NCBI GenBank assembly: GCA_032718475.1
Contig: JAUCBJ010008331.1
Span: forward strand, 1 to 64,000
From: Nemertoderma westbladi
Lineage: Eukaryota > Animalia > Xenacoelomorpha
Length of the DNA stretch: 64,000 bases
Reading direction: 5' to 3'
Shown one piece after another: positions 26,513 to 39,600 of this stretch; within the stretch, counting starts at the first letter, position 1; each line of letters starts with the position of its first letter. Position numbers and translations under genes: made by a program. The notes under the pieces are model-generated. The model saw only the letters and a list, made by a program, of their open reading frames with translations, made no database searches and was not told where the DNA came from.

Positions 26513-29500
26513 GTACGTTTTGTTTCGTATCAGCAGGTTCGTATCCTTGTATCAACAGGTACGTATCCTTATGTATCAACAGATACGTATCCTTGTATCA
26601 ACAGGTACGTTGCGTATCCTTATGTATCAACAGGAACTATCCTTACCTATCAACAGGTACGTATCCATATGTATCAACAGGTACGTATCCATATGTATCA
26701 ACAGGTACGTATCCTTATGTATCAACAGGTGCGTTACGTATCCTTATGTATCAACAGGTACGTATCCTTATGTATCAACAGGTACGTTAGTATCCTTATG
26801 TATCAACAGGTACGTATCCTTATGTATTAACATATACGTATCCTTACGTATTAACAGATACGTATCCTTACGTATTAACAGATACGTATCCTTGCGTATT
26901 AACAGATACGTATCCTTACGTATTAACAGATACGTATCCTTACGTATTAACAGATACGTATCCTTACGTATTAACAGATATGTATCCTTACGTATTAACA
27001 GATACGTATCCTTACGTATTAACAGATACGTATCCTTACGTATTAACAGATACGTATCCTTACGTATTAACATATACGTATCCTTACGTATTAACAGATA
27101 CGTATCCTTACGTATTAACAGATACGTATCCTTACGTATTAACAGATATGTATCCTTACGTATTAACAGATACGTATCCTTACGTATTAACAGATACGTA
27201 TCCTTACATATTAACAGATACGTATCCTTGCGTATTAACAGATACGTATCCTTACGTATTAACATATACGTATCCTTATGTATTAACAGATACGTATCCT
27301 TGCGTATTAACAGATACGTATCCTTGCGTATTAACAGATACGTATCCTTACGTATTAACAGATACGTATCCTTACGTATTAACAGATACGTATCCTTACG
27401 TATTAACATATACGTATCCTTACGTATTAACATATACGTATCCTTACGTATTAACAGATACGTATCCTTACGTATTAACAGATACGTATCCTTACGTATT
27501 AACAGATTTGTATCCTTACGTATTAACAGATACGTATCCTTACGTATTAACAGATACGTATCCTTACGTATTAACAGATACGTATCCTTGCGTATTAACA
27601 GATACGTATCCTTACGTATTAACAGATACGTATCCTTACGTATTAACATATACGTATCCTTACGTATTAACAGATACGTATCCTTACGTATTAACAGATA
27701 CGTATCCTTACGTATTAACATATACGTATCCTTACGTATTAACAGATACGTATCCTTACGTATTAACAGATATGTATCCTTACGTATTAACAGATACGTA
27801 TCCTTACGTATTAACATGTGCATATCCCTATGTATCAACAGGTACGTATTAACAGGTAGGTATCCTTATGTATCAACAGGTACGTATCCTTACGTATTAA
27901 CAGATACGTATCCTTACGTATTAACAGATACGTATCCTTACGTATTAACATATACGTATCCTTACGTATTAACATGTGCATATCCCTATGTATCAACAGG
28001 TACGTAACAGGTAGGTATCCTTATGTATCAACAGGTACGTATCCTTACGTATTAACAGATACGTATCCTTACGTATTAACAGATACGTATCCTTACGTAT
28101 TAACATATACGTATCCTTATGTATTAACATGTGCATATCCCTATGTATCAACAGGTACGTAACAGGTAGGTATCCTTATGTATCAACAGGTACGTATCCT
28201 TACGTATTAACAGATACGTATCCTTCCGTATTAACAGATACGTATCCTTACGTATTAACAGATACGTATCCTTACGTATTAACAGATACGTATCCTTACG
28301 TATTAACAGATACGTATCCTTACGTATTAACAGATACGTATCCTTACGTATTAACAGATATGTATCCTTACGTATTAACAGATACGTATCCTTACGTATT
28401 AACAGATACGTATCCTTACGTATTAACAGATACGTATCCTTACGTATTAACATATACGTATCCTTACGTATTAACAGATACGTATCCTTACGTATTAACA
28501 GATACGTATCCTTACGTATTAACAGATATGTATCCTTACGTATTAACAGATACGTATCCTTACGTATTAACAGATACGTATCCTTACATATTAACAGATA
28601 CGTATCCTTGCGTATTAACAGATACGTATCCTTACGTATTAACATATACGTATCCTTACGTATTAACAGATATGTATCCTTACGTATTAACAGATACGTA
28701 TCCTTACGTATTAACAGATACGTATCCTTACGTATTAACAGATACGTATCCTTACGTATTAACAGATACGTATCCTTACGTATTAACATATACGTATCCT
28801 TATGTATTAACAGATACGTATCCTTGACGTATTAACAGATACGTATCCTTACGTATTAACAGATACGTATCCTTACGTATTAACAGATACGTATCCTTAC
28901 GTATTAACAGATACGTATCCTTACGTATTAACAGATACGTATCCTTACGTATTAACAGATACGTATCCTTACGTATTAACAGATACGTATCCTTACGTAT
29001 TAACAGATACGTATCCTTACGTATTAACAGATATGTATCCTTACGTATTAACAGATACGTATCCTTACGTATTAACAGATACGTATCCTTACGTATTAAC
29101 AGATACGTATCCTTACGTATTAACATATACGTATCCTTACGTATTAACATATACGTATCCTTATGTATTAACAGATACGTATCCTTGCGTATTAACAGAT
29201 ATGTATCCTTACGTATTAACAGATACGTATCCTTACGTATTAACAGATACGTATCCTTACGTATTAACAGATACGTATCCTTACGTATTAACATATACGT
29301 ATCCTTACGTATTAACATATACGTATCCTTATGTATTAACAGATACGTATCCTTGCGTATTAACAGATACGTATCCTTGCGTATTAACAGATACGTATCC
29401 TTACGTATTAACAGATACGTATCCTTACGTATTAACAGATACGTATCCTTACGTATTAACATATACGTATCCTTTACGTATTAACAGATACGTATCCTTA

Positions 29501-32500
29501 CGTATTAACAGATACGTATCCTTACGTATTAACAGATACGTATCCTTACGTATTAACAGATTTGTATCCTTACGTATTAACAGATACGTATCCTTACGTA
29601 TTAACAGATACGTATCCTTACGTATTAACAGATACGTATCCTTGCGTATTAACAGATACGTATCCTTACGTATTAACAGATACGTATCCTTACGTATTAA
29701 CATATACGTATCCTTACGTATTAACAGATACGTATCCTTACGTATTAACAGATACGTATCCTTACGTATTAACATATACGTATCCTTACGTATTAACAGA
29801 TACGTATCCTTACGTATTAACAGATATGTATCCTTACGTATTAACAGATACGTATCCTTACGTATTAACATGTGCATATCCCTATGTATCAACAGGTACG
29901 TATTAACAGGTAGGTATCCTTATGTATCAACAGGTACGTATCCTTACGTATTAACAGATACGTATCCTTACGTATTAACAGATACGTATCCTTACGTATT
30001 AACATATACGTATCCTTACGTATTAACATGTGCATATCCCTATGTATCAACAGGTACGTAACAGGTAGGTATCCTTATGTATCAACAGGTACGTATCCTT
30101 ACGTATTAACAGATACGTATCCTTACGTATTAACATATACGTATCCTTATGTATTAACATGTGCATATCCCTATGTATCAACAGGTACGTAACAGGTAGG
30201 TATCCTTATGTATCAACAGGTACGTATCCTTACGTATTAACAGATACGTATCCTTCCGTATTAACAGATACGTATCCTTACGTATTAACAGATACGTATC
30301 CTTACGTATTAACAGATACGTATCCTTACGTATTAACAGATACGTATCCTTACGTATTAACAGATACGTATCCTTACGTATTAACAGATACGTATCCTTA
30401 CGTATTAACAGATACGTATCCTTATGTATCAACAGATACGTATCCTTACGTATTAACAGATACGTATCCTTACGTATTAACAGATACGTATCCTTACGTA
30501 TTAACAGATACGTATCCTTACGTATTAACAGATACGTATCCTTACGTATTAACAGATACGTATCCTTACGTATTAACAGATACGTATCCTTACGTATTAA
30601 CAGATACGTATCCTTACGTATTAACAGATACGTATCCTTACGTATTAACAGATACGTATCCTTACGTATTAACAGATACGTATCCTTACGTATTAACAGA
30701 TATGTATCCTTACGTATTAACAGATACGTATCCTTATGTATCAACAGATACGTATCCTTGCGTATTAACAGATATGTATCCTTACGTATTAACATATACG
30801 TATCCTTACGTATTAACAGATACGTATCCTTACGTATTAACAGATACGTATCCTTACGTATTAACAGATACGTATCCTTACGTATTAACAGATACGTATC
30901 CTTACGTATTAACAGATACGTATCCTTACGTATTAACATATACGTATCCTTACGTATTAACAGATACGTATCCTTGCGTATTAACAGATACGTATCCTTA
31001 CGTATTAACAGATACGTACCCTTACGTATTAACATATACGTATCCTTACGTATTAACAGATACGTATCCTTACGTATTAACAGATACGTATCCTTACGTA
31101 TTAACATATACGTATCCTTACGTATTAACAGATACGTATCCTTACGTATTAACAGATACGTATCCTTACGTATTAACAGATACGTATCCTTACGTATTAA
31201 CAGATACGTATCCTTACGTATTAACAGATACGTATCCTTACGTATTAACAGATACGTATCCTTACGTATTAACAGATACGTATCCTTACGTATTAACAGA
31301 TACGTATCCTTACGTATTAACAGATACGTATCCTTACGTATTAACAGATACGTATCCTTACGTATTAACAGATACGTATCCTTACGTATTAACAGATACG
31401 TATCCTTATGTATCAACAGGTACGTATCCTTACGTATCAACAGGTACGTATCCTTACGTATTAACAGATACGTATCCTTACGTATTAACAGATACGTATC
31501 CTTACGTATTAACAGATACGTATCCTTACGTATTAACAGATACGTATCCTTACGTATTAACAGATACGTATCCTTACGTATTAACAGATACGTATCCTTA
31601 CGTATTAACAGATACGTATCCTTACGTATTAACAGATACGTATCCTTACGTATTAACAGATACGTATCCTTACGTATTAACAGATACGTATCCTTACGTA
31701 TTAACAGATACGTATCCTTACGTATTAACAGATACGTATCCTTACGTATTAACAGATATGTATCCTTACGTATTAACAGATACGTATCCTTACGTATTAA
31801 CAGATATGTATCCTTACGTATTAACAGATACGTATCCTTATGTATCAACAGGTACGTATCCTTACGTATTAACAGATACGTATCCTTACGTATTAACAGA
31901 TACGTATCCTTACGTATTAACAGATACGTATCCTTACGTATTAACAGATACGTATCCTTACGTATTAACAGATACGTATCCTTACGTATTAACAGATACG
32001 TATCCTTACGTATTAACAGATACGTATCCTTACGTATTAACAGATACGTATCCTTACGTATTAACAGATACGTATCCTTACGTATTAACAGATACGTATC
32101 CTTACGTATTAACAGATACGTATCCTTACGTATTAACAGATACGTATCCTTAAGTATTAACAGATACGTATCCTTACGTATTAACAGATACGTATCCTTA
32201 TGTATTAACATATACGTATCCTTACGTATTAACATGTGCATATCCCTATATATCAACAGGTACGTATTAACAGGTAGGTATCCTTATGTATCAACAGGTA
32301 CGTATTAACAGGTAGGTATCCTTATGTATCAACAGGTACGTATCCTTACGTATTAACAGGTACGTATCCTTACGTATTAACATATACGTATCCTTACGTA
32401 TTAACATGTGCATATCCCTATGTATCAACAGGTACGTAACAGGTAGGTATCCTTATGTATCAACAGGTACGTATCCTTACGTATTAACAGATACGTATCC

Positions 32501-33676
32501 TTACGTATTAACAGATACGTATCCTTACGTATTAACAGATACGTATCCTTACGTATTGACAGATACGTATCCTTACGTATTAACAGATACGTATCCTTAC
32601 GTATTAACAGATACGTATCCTTACGTATTAACAGATACGTATCCTTACGTATTAACAGATACGTATCCTTACGTATTAACAGATACGTATCCTTACGTAT
32701 TAACAGATACGTATCCTTACGTATTAACAGATACGTATCCTTACGTATTAACAGATACGTATCCTTACGTATTAACAGATACGTATCCTTACGTATTAAC
32801 AGATACGTATCCTTACGTATTAACAGATACGTATCCTTACGTATTAACAGATATGTATCCTTACGTATTAACAGATACGTATCCTTATGTATCAACAGGT
32901 ACGTATCCTTACGTATTAACAGATACGTATCCTTACGTATTAACAGATACGTATCCTTACGTATTAAAAGATACGTATCCTTACGTATTAACAGATACTT
33001 ATCCTTACGTATTAACAGATACGTATCCTTACGTATTAACAGATACGTATCCTTACGTATTAACAGATACGTATCCTTACGTATTAACAGATACGTATCC
33101 TTACGTATTAACAGATACGTATCCTTACGTATTAACAGATACGTATCCTTACGTATTAACAGATACGTATCCTTACGTATTAACAGATACGTATCCTTAC
33201 GTATTAACAGATACGTATCCTTACGTATTAACAGATACGTATCCTTAAGTATTAACAGATACGTATCCTTACGTATTAACAGATACGTATCCTTATGTAT
33301 TAACATATACGTATCCTTACGTATTAACATGTGCATATCCCTATATATCAACAGGTACGTATTAACAGGTAGGTATCCTTATGTATCAACAGGTACGTAT
33401 TAACAGGTAGGTATCCTTATGTATCAACAGGTACGTATCCTTACGTATTAACAGGTACGTTACGTATCCTTATGTATCAACAGGTGCGTTACGTATCCTT
33501 ATGTATCAACAGGTACGTATCCGTACGTATCAACAGGTACGTATCCTTATGGATCAACAGATACGTATCCTTACTTATCAACAGGTACGTATCAACAGGT
33601 ACGTATCAACAGGTACGTATCAACAGATACGTATCCTTACTTATCAACAGGTACGTATCAACAGGTACGTATCCTA
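26513..33676. repeat. 24-bp satellite (CAGATACGTATCCTTACGTATTAA)n, ~300 copies, in the last DYRK2 intron
   Basis: Highly homogeneous period of 24; edge variant TATGTATCAACAGGTACGTATCCT; contains the 10-bp palindrome GATACGTATC. Confidence 0.97.
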
Positions 33677-34910
33677 ACGTAAAAAAAAGGGTTGCCACTC
33701 ACATTGAAACCCGTGAATAGTCAGGAAATTAATTGTTTTATTTAAATATAAGGGAATTTGATTTAAATAGAACATACTTCACCAGTTCAGGTGCGGTGTA
33801 CTCAATTCGCTCGGCTGTGTCAGTCATATTGGTGTATAGTATACATATGTACGTTTACATAGGTGACATATTAAATATGTCGCGTTTTTGGAATATACAT
33901 ACAATGCCATTGAGTAGCGATATTACATTTAGTTATATATTTGTCACCTGTGTTTGTACTTGTAAGTCGGGGAATTTAAATTAAACTGAATTGTAGTGGA
34001 AACTCTGAAGCAATAAGACTTTCTTGAAGGCAACTTGTAATTGTGTACAATTGTTGGTCCTTCAGTAACTATAACAGTTCCACACCACATCTGTACATTG
34101 AATTTTTTTATACTGTAAACAATGGGAAAAAAATGGGAAGAACTTATTAAGCTGGTGCAGTTATGTCATGGAACTCACAGCAGTCACAGTTCCTTACTAC
34201 AAATCTCCTTAAATTATTGTATAAGTTGGTATTTAAGTTAGCGTATTTAGGTTTACATTAGATCAGACTTTTATCTGGGAGAACGCGACTCCGTGCCCGT
34301 GGGTTGGGAAGTGCCCCGCGCTAGGCGACAGCTATAAACACTGGTTCATTGGCTGGTATAATTCTAACGGTATAGTTCTTCCTTGGAGGATCCAAACATG
34401 GATCGATTTTTGCCTTTTAGGTTAGGCCTATATTGGTGGACCCGGTTTTTCCCAGTGTAATTTTAGAATTAATTATCCATAGACCTATCATTAGGTCCGA
34501 CGGAACTGGTTATTGGGGAGACCCCAACACCCTGTTCCACCCGGACGAATATTTATAATGTTCAACATCGCGATAGACTGATAGTAGTTCACGTATATTT
34601 AATTCAAACCGTGTGCATTTATTTTAATCATATACCCGTCTGCCCGTTTGGCTTAAGTTATGAATTAGTGATTTGCTTAGTAAAACCTCAGATATCCTGT
34701 ACCAAACTCCGTACAGCCTTGGTAAGTGTACAGGGCCCGGTAGTCCTGTTGCCTGGATAACGGATCGGAGGATGATAGCGTGTGGCGAGCGTGGTACCGG
34801 CACAGGGTGCCGGTATTCTTCTATCTGTCTGTAGGCCTATAGCTGTATAACCTAGCCTATCCCCATTAATCATTCAGTCATTGGACGACCATGTATTGGT
34901 ATTACTCATG

Positions 34911-35171
34911 TCAATTCGTTATCTTCTCTACAACTAACTTATTCGTTGAATACATTCTGTCTATAACAGTTTGTCGTTTTATCACCCCGAGCATAGAGTT
35001 ACCCTCCTGTATTTTCTCTTCGATCAGCATTTTATCATTTATATTCTTGTTTTGGCGAAAGGCATCCCGAATTCTTCGTAGAGCGTAGTTTCTATAGTTA
35101 TATGAAGAGAATAGATTTGCTTCTCGGATCATCCGGCGATATAAACCCAATACAACAATACGCGAAGCCAT
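34911..35171 (-). CDS. LYRM4: LYR motif-containing protein 4 (ISD11, Fe-S cluster assembly), single coding exon, nested in DYRK2 intron
   Basis: 86 aa: VLGLYRRMIREANLFSSYNYRNYALRRIRDAFRQNK...IKRQTVIDRMYSTNKLVVE, matching the LYRM4 signature; intact ATG to stop. Confidence 0.93.
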   Translation of the reverse strand: MASRIVVLGLYRRMIREANLFSSYNYRNYALRRIRDAFRQNKNINDKMLIEEKIQEGNSMLGVIKRQTVIDRMYSTNKLVVEKITN

Positions 35172-35574
35172 GTTGCAGGGGTAGACTGTACTTTGTACAG
35201 TTTGTTGTAGTGCGGTTGTAATAGGCCTATAGGTACTGTATACTACTGTCTGACTGTGCTGCAGCTGGGACTACCAAGGCCATGGGACTATTAGACTAGG
35301 TAAAATTCGTTCAAAAAATTACATGCGAATCTTATCTTCCATGCCGCATTCTTCGATAAAACATTAATTTAGGTTGCCTGGTGTTACTGTCCGATACGAT
35401 ACCGCTTACCGCTACCCTACTGCCCTACGTAATGATATGTTTATGGTAATAAACCCTTCCGGTAAATTGAACATAATATTATTAGGAATTCAAATTGACC
35501 GCGGGAGCTATCCATCAATTAAATCTGTATAAATTATACACCCTGAATCGCTGAATCCTGTTATCAGCACAGAA

Positions 35575-35884
35575 ACACGTTCGTGGGGCGACGCGCAGAA
35601 CGAGAACTTGGCAAAAATTGGCAAAATAATCAAATTGATCTGGAGTCAAAAGTTCGAGAGGTATTTGCCAGTAACATTAAAAAAATATTGGAACTTTTTC
35701 TCTAGTATGCCCATACAAAATTCGGTTGAAAATTGTTAAAATCTTCAAAAGTTATTTACGAAAGAATTTATCATTACAGTCGGACAGACATACAGCAGAC
35801 AGACAGACGGACATGAAATTTTGCCCTATTTACCAATTATAATTGTGCCGTAAGGCTCGCCCTGAATGCGTGGCTCGCCCCACA
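35575..35884 (+). mobile_element. Short (~310 bp) HINE-like element of a related subfamily
   Basis: 5' ACACGTTCGTGGGGCGACGCGCAG, (GACA)n microsatellite, 3' TAAGGCTCGCCC...GTGGCTCGCCCCACA; GTGGGGCGA/TCGCCCCAC inverted pair. Confidence 0.65.
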
Positions 35885-36169
35885 CCTGTATATCAGAACA
35901 TTGAACAAACAGTATAACAATAAAAAACCACAGCCGACCTACACCGTAGTTGTCAAATTGTGGGGTGTATACGTAGAAACCCCTAGTTCAGACACACGGT
36001 GTTGATGCCTGGGATCGTATTCTTAGTTCTCAATAGCCACTCGTAGTTGACTAGATCTCACTAAATTTAGGTTTAATTTCGTACTATCTAGTCTGTCTAC
36101 CTGTGTGGCTGGTAGAACTAAGAATACGGCCCCTGATACGGAAACCTAAGAATACCCGAAGGTAAGAGT

Positions 36170-36335
36170 CAGTGATACTCCTATCATTCCTATCCAAAGT
36201 TTATAGTCCCAGTATTTCAACTGGTCCTAATTTTATCGACCTCAGGGGAATGAAAGGCTGAGTGGAGCCTGTCGGGGCTCGAACCTTCAGACAATAGATT
36301 GGGGGCTCGGCGCTCAAACAACTGAACTACCCCGC
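36170..36335 (-). mobile_element. tRNA-headed SINE
   Basis: Minus strand: GCGGGGTAGTTCAGTTGTTTGAGCG...GGTTCGAGCCC (A and B boxes), then CTCAGCCTTTCATTCCCCTGAGGTCGATAAAAT, a body motif recalled from widespread metazoan SINEs. Confidence 0.6.
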
Positions 36336-36412
36336 TTTATTCTTTAAGTTAATTAATTATTCCCCAATGACCGATATAAGAGAATCCACGTAATACTGTT
36401 TATTGTTTTTAG

Positions 36413-36658
36413 GCACTCCGTCACCAATGGCTACGACGACGGCTCCCTAAACCCCCGACTGGCCAGGATTCCTCGTCGACCTTATCGATGGCTCAGCGCG
36501 ACTCGACGGCGGCCCGTAGCATCGGCTCGATGCCCGGGGGGTCCCGCTACAACCCCAAACCACGGATCAACGGCTCCCTGGTCTCGGCGGCCCAGACTCT
36601 ACACCACACAGAGTCTATGGCCCATCCTCGCACCATCCTACCCAAGATTGTTAGTTAG
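36413..36658 (+). CDS. DYRK2: DYRK2-like terminal exon 6 (absent from the ORF track)
   Basis: TTGTTTTTAG|ALRHQWLRRRLPKPP...HPRTILPKIVS*; resembles the DYRK2 C-terminus (ALRHPWLRRRLPKPP...LPKLVS); the six exons sum to 2052 nt (683 aa + stop). Confidence 0.9.
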   Translation, partial: ALRHQWLRRRLPKPPTGQDSSSTLSMAQRDSTAARSIGSMPGGSRYNPKPRINGSLVSAAQTLHHTESMAHPRTILPKIVS

Positions 36659-39600
36659 ATGAACCCAATCCCCAGACAGACACCGAGACTTTATTTAGTT
36701 CTACTTACTTCACCTTAGTAGTCTCTGACTTGCCTCTAACGCAATTTGTAGCCCTGGCGGGCGTTGAGATCCCTAAGCGATGGGTTTCGGTTTAGCGATC
36801 AACTAAATAGACTGAAACTCTGAAGGTTACGGGAATGGATGGAGAAGCACAGGTTACATTAGAGATTGTTCAGTATTTTATTTAGATTTATTTATAAGTT
36901 AATAATAATAATATAATATGTAATTTAAAACATTTTATTTCAATTCAGCGTGCGTGTTGTTTTCTTACAAGTTAGCTTTTAGCTTGCGTGTTATAATATT
37001 GCATTCTCGTCTGTGGTTATTACTTTTTGTGCCCAATTTTATTTCAGTTGCATTATTGTAGAGTTTTAGATTTTTCAGTTTTATTTAGTTAGTATTTTCT
37101 TACTTTTTCATATTATCAATGAGGGATTTAATCAACTACACATTATACCGTATGCCAAACTATGCGTGGTGGGGGACAGCAAACTATAAGTAACAACGTT
37201 AATTAAAATGTTTTTTTCTAAAAATATTATTTTCGATTATTCCCCCCCCCCCCCCCCCCCCCCTCACCGTCAGTCACTTGCACTTGGCTTGTTCTTTCCT
37301 TCAGCACGCATAGTATGCCAGTCTGCACTCTGCATGCTTATTAACATATTCTATTAATGCTGATTTGCTATTTAAACAAATATTATTGATGTTATTTTAT
37401 TTCAGAAACTGAAAATTAATGACAATTTAAAAAAACTGATAATGAAAAAAACATGAATGTATATCCATATCCAATTGTAGAAATCTTTAACAATATTATA
37501 CATTTTTGTTTTGTTGTAATTTTTGCAAGCTAAAATTTTAAAAGTTATTTTTACCAAATTCTGCCATTTTTAAAAGTTTGTTCCAGGTTTTACACTTCTA
37601 TTGTGTCACACATTATTATTGTATTAGACGTTGTATCTGTAACTCAAATTTTAAATATTCGTTTTGTATTAGTTTATCTTATAGTTTATAAATATGTTAA
37701 TAGGTTGATAATATCTGTGCATCCCATAGAATGTGTACTCTTGTATACGTTATGTGTTAGTAAGTACTATGAAATGGTCACAAAACGGCCTATTAACCAG
37801 GTAAACATTAACTTAAATAGTATTAAGGTACAGGTTTACACTGTTTTTATGTATATTTTCATAGTTATTATCGCTTTACTGTAGTGGAGACAATTTTACT
37901 TGTATATTTTGGCTATTTTTAGTATTTATTTGTGCCTTTTATTCTCTGTGTTGTAAATTATCTAGGGTGTTTCTGCAACCGTTACGTTTATTATAAAATA
38001 TGGGGTTTTTTCTTCGCATATAATAAATTATATTTACATACACTGTAAAGTAGCACTTTACATTACAGTGTGATAATTCGAGTGGTTTATTTGATGAACG
38101 AATCTATGTGAGTCATTACTGGCCAAAAAGGCAGATCAACAATTTTGCAACGGGTTTGAATTTTAATTATAAAATTGTTACGAAGGCTAGTCGCATTACG
38201 GGCTCATTTACTACAGATATCTAATTGGCCATTTGTCCGTTTAAGTTATAAATTGCAATAGTTATGTTTTATTTTGCAATTTATTATACCGGTACATGTA
38301 TATCTACTAACCATCCAGATATCTCTTACACAATGTCGGGGATTATTTGTCAGTGGATCCACCATAACCATAGTAACAAGTGAACTATGGGGGATTCTTA
38401 CAAAAGATCCGGTGACTCTGCACTGTCGTAGTTTTCAGAGCAACGGAATACTTTTTTTCCTCATTTAATATTTTTTTACTATATTATCCGCGCAGGTTCA
38501 GGTTGAATTATCATATATAAATACCTAAAACATGATTTTACGTTTGGGGAACTTTATTCGTATTTATTTTTGTAGGCCTACTATCGATAGAAACCACGAA
38601 AATTAAACATGACGTAATAATTATAATATTTCCCAAGGGAAAGGATACCTAAATACATGGGATAACAATATGCAATATTATCAGAACCGATGTCCTTCAA
38701 ACATGAAAGTAAGCTAAACGCAAAAATTGCATGTTTTAATCAATATTTCCTTAAATATACTATTCCTATAACTATATACATCTCCGCTTTCTGTCCAATA
38801 ATATGTGTATAATACCTATAACTTGTGAATGTTGATGTTTGTTCTTGAAAAAAGTTGTAATGACTTCACAGTTGACCGACCATTTCGTGTCATTGTTTGC
38901 CACGTGATTCTGATAATCTTACGTTTTATATCCTATAGTGGTGTGTAATTATGCTGTATTCCTACTGTCCATTACATCTGCAATATTATAATGTATCTTT
39001 AAGTAGTCCAGCAGTATAAATATATACTAGTTAGTGTTATCTATCATAAGGAGATCATTTTATAATACAGTATAGTTCGAACTTTCGTACTCCTACTAGC
39101 AGGTTCTCATTTCTTCTTGTAATATAGATAGATAGATACCTTAGACTTATTAATAAATACAACCCCTTTGTCATAACATAATGTTCCAAAGCAATCAAAT
39201 AAAATTAGGCACCCAATGACCCCAGTAATCTAACACTAGGGACTATTACAATGCAAGATACACTACATTCAAAGATTACTCAACTTTACAACATAATAAT
39301 AATTAATAATTATAATTTATATAACATGTAATTTTTAATGTAGGTTAAGTTCTAAAGATACAATAAACTGTATGAGTTACCCTATCAATATGTTTATTTA
39401 TTTATGTTGGTGTTTGTGATTAATGGTGACACGTAGGTTTCGTATTTCTCTCTATTTATTTTAAGGAACTGAAATGTAGTTTTGTAAAACTTTACCGGAG
39501 GAAGTTTCTTTTTAAATGTGACATAGAAATAATAATATGTTAATTATTCTTAATAATAACATGTAAATATATCCCTGTGTCTCAAATAGTTTGTATTTAC

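Noticed and set aside
26520-33720. Long ORFs (up to 692 aa) of YPYVLTDT, RINRYVSL and LLIRKDTY repeats
   Set aside because: By-products of a 24-bp unit that is stop-free in some frames; they occur on both strands, lie in an intron and are broken by indels
34260-34560. GGGAAGTGCCCCG resembling the RNase MRP CR-I motif
   Set aside because: No matching CR-V (ACnnnGGGGCT) or P4 pairing found downstream
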